64,000 nucleotides of DNA. Origin: an uncultured delta proteobacterium (lineage in GTDB: Bacteria > Desulfobacterota > Binatia > Binatales > Binataceae). Below the pieces are notes generated by a model. The model was given only the letters and a program-made list of their open reading frames with translations, was not told where the DNA came from and did no database searches. Where the stretch lies: assembly GCA_963794325.1 (NCBI GenBank), contig CAWCDG010000009.1, forward strand, positions 96,001-160,000. The letters run 5' to 3'. The position numbers and the translations under genes are program-made. Position 1 is the stretch's first letter, and each line of letters starts with the position of its first letter. This document shows positions 58,492-64,000 of the stretch, one piece after another.

Positions 58492-60450
58492 ATGGCTTCG
58501 ACCGAAGCGACTCATATCGATTCGACTCTGACCGAATCCCGTAAGTTCCCGCCTCCGCCCGAGTTCAGCGAAAAGGCGTGGGTCAAAAATTTCGACGAGT
58601 ATCAGGCGCTGCGCAAACGCGCTGACGAAGATCCCGACTCGTTCTGGGCCGAGTGCGCTCGCAATCTGCATTGGTTCAAGCCGTTCGGCAAAACCCTCGA
58701 GTGGGATTTCCCGAATGCAAAATGGTTCGTCGGCGGCACCATCAACGCGTCGTATAACTGCCTCGACCGCCATCTCGACACGCCGCGCCGCAACAAGGCC
58801 GCGCTGATCTGGGAAGGCGAGCCGGGCGACTCGCGCGTGCTGACCTACCAGATGCTCGCCGACGAAGTTGGCCGATGTGCCAACGCGCTCAAGAGCCTCG
58901 GCGTCAAGGATGGCGACCGCGTCGCGATTTACATGCCGCTGGTGCCGGAGGCGGCAATCGCGATGCTCGCGTGTGCGCGAATCGGAGCGATTCACTCGGT
59001 CGTGTTCGGCGGCTTCTCGTCGGAGGCGCTGGCCGATCGGATCAACGACGCCGAAGCGAAGGTCTGTATCACCGCCGACGGCGGATGGCGTCGCGGACAG
59101 GTCGTCGAGCTCAAGCAGAATGTCGATGAAGCGCTGAAGAAGACTCCCTCGATCCAGAAAGTCCTCGTGCTCAAGCGCGTCGGCAACAAAATCGAGATGC
59201 GTAAGGGGCGCGACGTATGGTGGGACGAACTGGTCCCCGCGCAAAGCCCGAACTGCGAGGCCGCCCAGCTCGACAGCGAGCATCCGCTCTACACGCTCTA
59301 CACCAGCGGCACCACCGGCAAGCCCAAGGGCGTCGTGCATACGACCGGCGGATACCTGACGCACATCCTGATGACGATGCGCTGGGTGTTCGACCTCAAG
59401 GACGACGATATTTACTGGTGCACCGCCGATATCGGCTGGGTCACTGGTCACAGCTACACCGTGTACGGGCCGCTGGCGGCGGGCGCGACCGTCGTCATGT
59501 ACGAAGGCGCGCCGAATTTTCCCGAGAACGATCGCTTCTGGAAGGTGATCGAGAAGTACAAGGTCAGCATCTTCTACACGGCGCCTACTGCAATCCGCAC
59601 CTTCATCAAATGGGGCGACTCGTGGGTCAAGAAACATGACCTGTCGAGTCTGAGATTACTCGGTTCCGTCGGCGAGCCGATCAATCCCGAAGCATGGATG
59701 TGGTATCGCAAAGTTATCGGCGGCGAGCGATGCCCGATCGTCGATACGTGGTGGCAGACCGAGACTGGCGGAATCATGATAAGCCCGATGCCCGGCGTGA
59801 CCGCCACCAAGCCCGGCTCAGCGACGTTTCCGCTGCCGGGAATCGCGGCCGACGTCGTCACGCGCGACGGCAAGAGCGTTGGCGCCAACCAGGGCGGCTT
59901 GTTGATCGTTCGCAAACCGTGGCCCGGGATGCTGCGGACGATTTACCGCGACCCCGATCGCTACAAGACTAATTACTTCTCGCAAATCGACGACGCATAT
60001 TTCACCGGCGACGGCGCGCGCCGCGACCAGGACGGCTACTTGTGGATCATGGGGCGCGTCGACGACGTCATCAATGTGTCGGGCCATCGCCTCGGCACGA
60101 TGGAAATAGAAAGCGCGCTGGTCTCGCACAAGACCGTCGCGGAAGCAGCGTGCGTCGGCCGTCCCGACGACATGAAAGGGCAGGCGGTGGTCGCATTCGT
60201 AACGCTCGAAGGCGGCCGCAAAGGCGACGACAAACTGCGCGACGAACTACGCGCCCACGTAGTGAAGGAAATCGGCGCACTCGCGCGTCCCGACGACATA
60301 AGATTCACCGAAGCCCTCCCCAAAACCCGCAGCGGGAAGATAATGCGCCGGTTGTTGCGGCAGATCGCGTCGGGCGACGAGACGTTAGGCGATACAACGA
60401 CACTGGAGGACCTGTCGGTACTCTCGAAACTCCGCGACGACGACGACTAA
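58492..60450 (+). CDS. acs: Acetyl-CoA synthetase
   Basis: '[11 protein letters not shown]', '[10 protein letters not shown]', '[12 protein letters not shown]'. Confidence 0.96.
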   Translation: MASTEATHIDSTLTESRKFPPPPEFSEKAWVKNFDEYQALRKRADEDPDSFWAECARNLHWFKPFGKTLEWDFPNAKWFVGGTINASYNCLDRHLDTPRRNKAALIWEGEPGDSRVLTYQMLADEVGRCANALKSLGVKDGDRVAIYMPLVPEAAIAMLACARIGAIHSVVFGGFSSEALADRINDAEAKVCITADGGWRRGQVVELKQNVDEALKKTPSIQKVLVLKRVGNKIEMRKGRDVWWDELVPAQSPNCEAAQLDSEHPLYTLYTSGTTGKPKGVVHTTGGYLTHILMTMRWVFDLKDDDIYWCTADIGWVTGHSYTVYGPLAAGATVVMYEGAPNFPENDRFWKVIEKYKVSIFYTAPTAIRTFIKWGDSWVKKHDLSSLRLLGSVGEPINPEAWMWYRKVIGGERCPIVDTWWQTETGGIMISPMPGVTATKPGSATFPLPGIAADVVTRDGKSVGANQGGLLIVRKPWPGMLRTIYRDPDRYKTNYFSQIDDAYFTGDGARRDQDGYLWIMGRVDDVINVSGHRLGTMEIESALVSHKTVAEAACVGRPDDMKGQAVVAFVTLEGGRKGDDKLRDELRAHVVKEIGALARPDDIRFTEALPKTRSGKIMRRLLRQIASGDETLGDTTTLEDLSVLSKLRDDDD

Positions 60451-60494
60451 GGTACTAGTCCAATCTGAAACCAGCGCGGCGTTGTCCTGATCCT

Positions 60495-61104
60495 TAACCT
60501 CTCCTTGTCCGAGGAGAGGTCGCCGCGAGCCGAAGGCCGCGGCGGGAGTGGTGCATCGCACGACACAACACAGTGCCGATTTCTTCTTGTCGCAGCCCTT
60601 GGTACTGGGGCGCTCGCCGGCGTAAGCTATGAGTCAATCGAGCGACACAAAATGTGAAGGCAATCTCACTTCAGCACCATCGCGCCCGCCGATTACGGCG
60701 CGATCAGACGGACGCAGAAAAGAAGCTGTGGGCGCGGCTTCGAGCGGGAAGATTCGGCGGGTTCCGATTCAGGCGGCAATTCCCGATCGGGAACTTCATT
60801 GCGGACTTCGCATGTCCTCGCGCGAGACTCGTCGTTGAGCTCGACGGCGGTCAACATCTTGAGCAGGCAGCAAAAGATGCGTGGCGAACCAGGCTAATCG
60901 AGCAGCGCGGCTACAGAGTAATTCGCTTCTGGGACGGCGAGGTTCTCACCGCGATTGACGGTGTTCTGCAGATGATCGAGCAAGCGCTCCGCGAGAGCAA
61001 TCGTGTGTAAGAGATGAAAACGTGCTGCGGTGTGTCAGGCGTTGCACCACTCCCGGATCGCTCCTTTGGCGCGCTCCGACCTCTCCTCGGACAAGGAGAG
61101 GTTA
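60495..61104. mobile_element. Candidate DUF559 cassette bounded by structured inverted repeats
   Basis: Left 60495-60568 and right 61031-61104 are reverse complements (28-bp exact hairpin + variable hairpin + GGGAGTGGTGCA). Confidence 0.6.
60654..61010 (+). CDS. DUF559 / Vsr-like endonuclease domain protein
   Basis: 'ARRLR..QT.AE..LW..LR', 'FRRQ.PIG.FI.DF.C....LVVELDGGQH', 'D..RT......GY.V.RFW'. Confidence 0.92.
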   Translation: MKAISLQHHRARRLRRDQTDAEKKLWARLRAGRFGGFRFRRQFPIGNFIADFACPRARLVVELDGGQHLEQAAKDAWRTRLIEQRGYRVIRFWDGEVLTAIDGVLQMIEQALRESNRV

Positions 61105-61137
61105 TAAGAAAAGCACTTGCCTTTGAGCAACTGATAC

Positions 61138-62425
61138 TCAGTTAGTATGCAATTGACTAACTACTTCGACCACCCTCGCAGGATCGACAATGACTATTGC
61201 TACCGCGCCCACTGCGAACATGACTACGAACCCCGCCATCAACCGCAGATAGAATGCCGGCTGATGGCTGGTCCGCGCGATCGCCGACTTGAAAATCGCG
61301 TTGACACCCGCCGCCAGGGTCAGCCCGATTACCGCGTCGCGCGCCGCGCTGGTCCCCGCCTGCACGAAACCCGCCAGAGTCAGCGAGATCGCGTCGACGT
61401 CGACCAACCCGCTGATTGCGGAAACCACCATCTGACCGTTGTATCCTGCATAATGTTTGGCGACGCGGGTAATCAGCAACACCAGAGTGAATATGACGCC
61501 GAACTGGAGCGCCGGGCGGATAGAAAACGGGTTACGGAAAGTGGACTCCGCAACTGCGCTATGTTGCTTCGACTTTGCCGGCGCGCGCGTGAGCAACAAT
61601 GCCGCCGCGAACCCCGCGAGCATCATCGCGGCGAACGCCGGGCTCGCGGCTATCGCGAGCGTCGGGCTGACCACCGCGACCAGCAGGAGCATCCGCGGAA
61701 ACAGGATCGAATTGGCTATCACCGCATAGCGGGCTGACGATACCGCGGACTCCGGAGTATCTGCCACGACTTGCGAAATACCTGTCGTATAGGCAGTCGT
61801 CGAGGCGATAGCACCGACTATTGCAGTGAGTAATGCGCCCCGTTCGACTGCCGGTAAACTTGGTAAGGAAGTAACCTACGTACGATACTCCGGAAACTAG
61901 TATTACGAATAGCCAGATCTTGCGCGGCTCGAAGAATTCAAAGGGTCCGTAACTGCCGGTCGGCAGCAGTGGGTAGATTATGAAAATCAGCGCGAGAAAA
62001 CTCAGCGTGTCGATAAATTCGCGGTCGGAGATCGCGTCGCGCACAAAATGGCGGAGCTGATCGCGCTCGGCAAGAATCGCCGCGAGCACGATTCCGAGTC
62101 CCGCGCCGAACTGGCGATCCGAGGTCAGGCACAGCGCACCCAGCACGAAGGTCGCGACCGCGGCGAGCTCGGTGGTGATTCCGTTGCGCTCAGGATGCTG
62201 TACGCGCATCACGAGGATCGCCCCAATGGTGCCGGCGAACAATGCGATCGCGATCGCCGCGTTGCCCAAGTGTCCCGCGACCGCTCCGAGTAGCGCGATT
62301 ATCAGGAAATCCCGCATCCCCGGGCGCGGCGGACTTTTAGGTTCGGGTTCCCGCGTCCGGCCGACCAGGAATCCGATCGTCAGCGCCAGAACGAATCCCA
62401 CGGCGGGGCCAGTCAGCTCGGGCAT
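61138..62425 (-). pseudogene. MgtC/SapB + DUF4010 membrane protein with frameshift at about 61850 (or sequencing error)
   Basis: N-half 'G.R.F', 'GITTE.AA', 'P..IW..V.LVSG.SY.GY'; continues in another frame as 'GALLTAIVGAIASTTAYT' into the 61138-61767 ORF ('GL.DVDAI'). Confidence 0.8.
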
Positions 62426-62474
62426 CGAGAGCGCAATGCTAGCCGAATGTGGGCGAAATTGCTTGCCGGAATTT

Positions 62475-62560
62475 ACCTCTCCCCGCCGCTGGCGACTACG
62501 TCGCTAGCGGCAAACCGGGAGAGGTCGTCTGACGACGTGAGTCGTCGGACGGGTGAGGGC
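62475..62560 (+). repeat. Solo repeat of the DUF559-flank architecture
   Basis: ACCTCTCC...GGAGAGGTCG + hairpin + GGGTGAGGG. Confidence 0.6.
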
Positions 62561-62612
62561 GTTGGACCCGCCTTGCTGACACCTTGTCCGCGGTGGTATC
62601 TTTCACGGTTGG

Positions 62613-62640
62613 AAGTGGGCGCGTGCCCACTTTTTTGTTG
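62613..62640 (+). promoter_or_regulatory. rimP leader hairpin / attenuator
   Basis: AAGTGGGC-GCGT-GCCCACTTTTTT upstream of rimP. Confidence 0.7.
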
Positions 62641-62708
62641 GTGTCGCAAAAAGGGTTTCGTGACATACGCCGGGCTGACGGCTTTAGCAAGCGAAGTGGT
62701 GAGAGCAG

Positions 62709-63194
62709 ATGACCGCCCTGACGCTTCATCCGACCGCCGAAAAAGTGGTCGCGCTGCTTGAGCCGCATATCGAACGCCAGGGTTACGAGCTGGTTTCGGT
62801 GGATTTTCGCAAAGGCACGCGGAACTCGCTGCTGAGGCTGCTGGTCGATAAGCCGGGCGGCGGAATTGCGCTGAGCGACTTGGAGAAGTTGAGCCCGACG
62901 CTGGGCGATTTGCTCGATGTGTATGACCCGGTCGAGGGCCGTTACACGCTGGAAGTTGCGTCGCCGGGAATCAACCGGCCGTTGCGCAAGCTCGAGCATT
63001 TCGAGGCGGTGAAGGGCGAGCGGGTTAAGGTCCGGACGCATCATGCGCGCGACGGGCAGAAGTCGTTCGTGGGTAAGTTGGTGAGCGTCGGTGAGAATGG
63101 GATCGAAATTGATGACGAGCCGAGCCGTAAGCGGCAGGCGATCGGTTTCGACGAGATGAGCGGAGCGAATTACGAGTACGACTTTGACAAATAA
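62709..63194 (+). CDS. rimP: Ribosome maturation factor RimP
   Basis: 'GYELV.V', 'Y.LEV.SPG.NRPL'; upstream of nusA. Confidence 0.93.
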   Translation: MTALTLHPTAEKVVALLEPHIERQGYELVSVDFRKGTRNSLLRLLVDKPGGGIALSDLEKLSPTLGDLLDVYDPVEGRYTLEVASPGINRPLRKLEHFEAVKGERVKVRTHHARDGQKSFVGKLVSVGENGIEIDDEPSRKRQAIGFDEMSGANYEYDFDK

Positions 63195-63236
63195 ATTTAT
63201 TGGCGTGCACTTCAATGCGCGCCCCGGGGAGGCGGT

Positions 63237-64000
63237 ATGCAGGTCGATCTGAACCGGGTAATCGAGCAGGTAAGCAAGGAAAAAGGCATCGACAAGACGA
63301 TCGTGATCAACGCGGTCGAGGAGATGATGCATTCGGCGGCGCGGCGTACTTTCGGGCCCGACCGCAACATCGAGTCGCGCTTCAATCCGGAGCTCGGCGA
63401 AATCGAGTTGTTCGAAATCAAGACGGTCGTCGATAAGGTCGCCAACGCGGCGGCCGAGGCCGACGTCACCGAGGCGCGCGCCAAATACGATCCCGAAGCG
63501 GAAGTCGGCGACGAGATTCTGATCAAGCTCGACACCGCGACGATGGGCCGGATAGCGGCGCAGGCGGCCAAGCAAAATCTCATCCAGCATATTCGCGACG
63601 CCGAGCGCAAACAGATTTTCAACGAGTTCAAGGATCGCAAGCAGGAAGTCGTCTCGGGAATCGTGCAGCGCTTCGAGCGCAAGAACATGATCGTCAATCT
63701 CGGACGGACCGAGGCTATCCTGCCCGAGAAGGAGCAGATCCCGCACGAGCGCTATCGTCAGGGCGATCGCATCCGGGCGCTGATTCTGGATGTCGATCTT
63801 TCTGAAAAAGGCTTGTCGATCGTGCTCTCGCGCACCTCGAACGATTTCCTGATGAAGCTGTTCGAGCAGGAAGTGCCGGAAATTTACGAGGGCATCGTCG
63901 AGATTCGCCAAAGCGCGCGCGAGCCCGGCGGACGCGCCAAGGTCGCGGTTTACTCGAAGGATTCGGACGTCGATCCGGTCGGCGCGTGCGTCGGGATGAA
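63237..64000 (+). CDS. nusA: Transcription termination factor NusA (5' part, runs off window)
   Basis: MQVDLNRVIEQVSKEKGIDK.., 'GRIAAQAAKQ', 'AREPG.RAKVAV', 'DVDPVGACVGM'. Confidence 0.95.
   Translation, partial: MQVDLNRVIEQVSKEKGIDKTIVINAVEEMMHSAARRTFGPDRNIESRFNPELGEIELFEIKTVVDKVANAAAEADVTEARAKYDPEAEVGDEILIKLDTATMGRIAAQAAKQNLIQHIRDAERKQIFNEFKDRKQEVVSGIVQRFERKNMIVNLGRTEAILPEKEQIPHERYRQGDRIRALILDVDLSEKGLSIVLSRTSNDFLMKLFEQEVPEIYEGIVEIRQSAREPGGRAKVAVYSKDSDVDPVGACVGM

Noticed and set aside
62496-63911. 471-aa minus-strand ORF
   Set aside because: Antisense to rimP-nusA
1-64000. CRISPR array, cas genes, rRNA, integrase or DDE transposase
   Set aside because: None recognisable in the window

Overview
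GC-rich bacterial chromosomal window. DUF1329, amidohydrolase, SDR and MaoC genes plus a lineage-type small protein at 51740 suggest a Candidatus Binatus/Binatota-like organism (inference from gene content only). All family assignments come from motif recognition by eye; no searches were run. The window runs from a DUF1329 gene and a tRNA-Leu 3' fragment (probable att scar), through a cusCBA-like Cu/Ag efflux operon, mutM, ppa, a MEDS-PAS sigma54 activator module, secreted repeat proteins, an MdtA/MdtC-like RND pair, a cobalamin riboswitch-tonB unit, an ABC-F gene, a 1308-aa nuclease-like/TPR/GreAB-C/PIN protein, pfkA and acs, and ends in rimP-nusA. Most notable signals: (1) a DUF559 (Vsr-like) endonuclease gene bracketed by about 75-bp structured inverted repeats, with a solo related repeat nearby and several other palindrome families in the window, a candidate REP-like mobile system; (2) a hidden AhpD/CMD-family selenoprotein (CxxU with a SECIS-like hairpin) that the ORF track splits in two; (3) a self-contained sigma54 module (activator, two palindromic enhancers, -24/-12 promoter whose predicted +1 falls on the ATG) driving a pair of unknown paralogous helical proteins; (4) an SDR/MaoC operon enclosed by mirror-image composite repeats; (5) a TIR-less PycTIR-like cNMP sensor. 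Two genes carry single-base frameshifts, and there is a deletion scar joining two gene remnants. No CRISPR array, rRNA or intact tRNA was seen.
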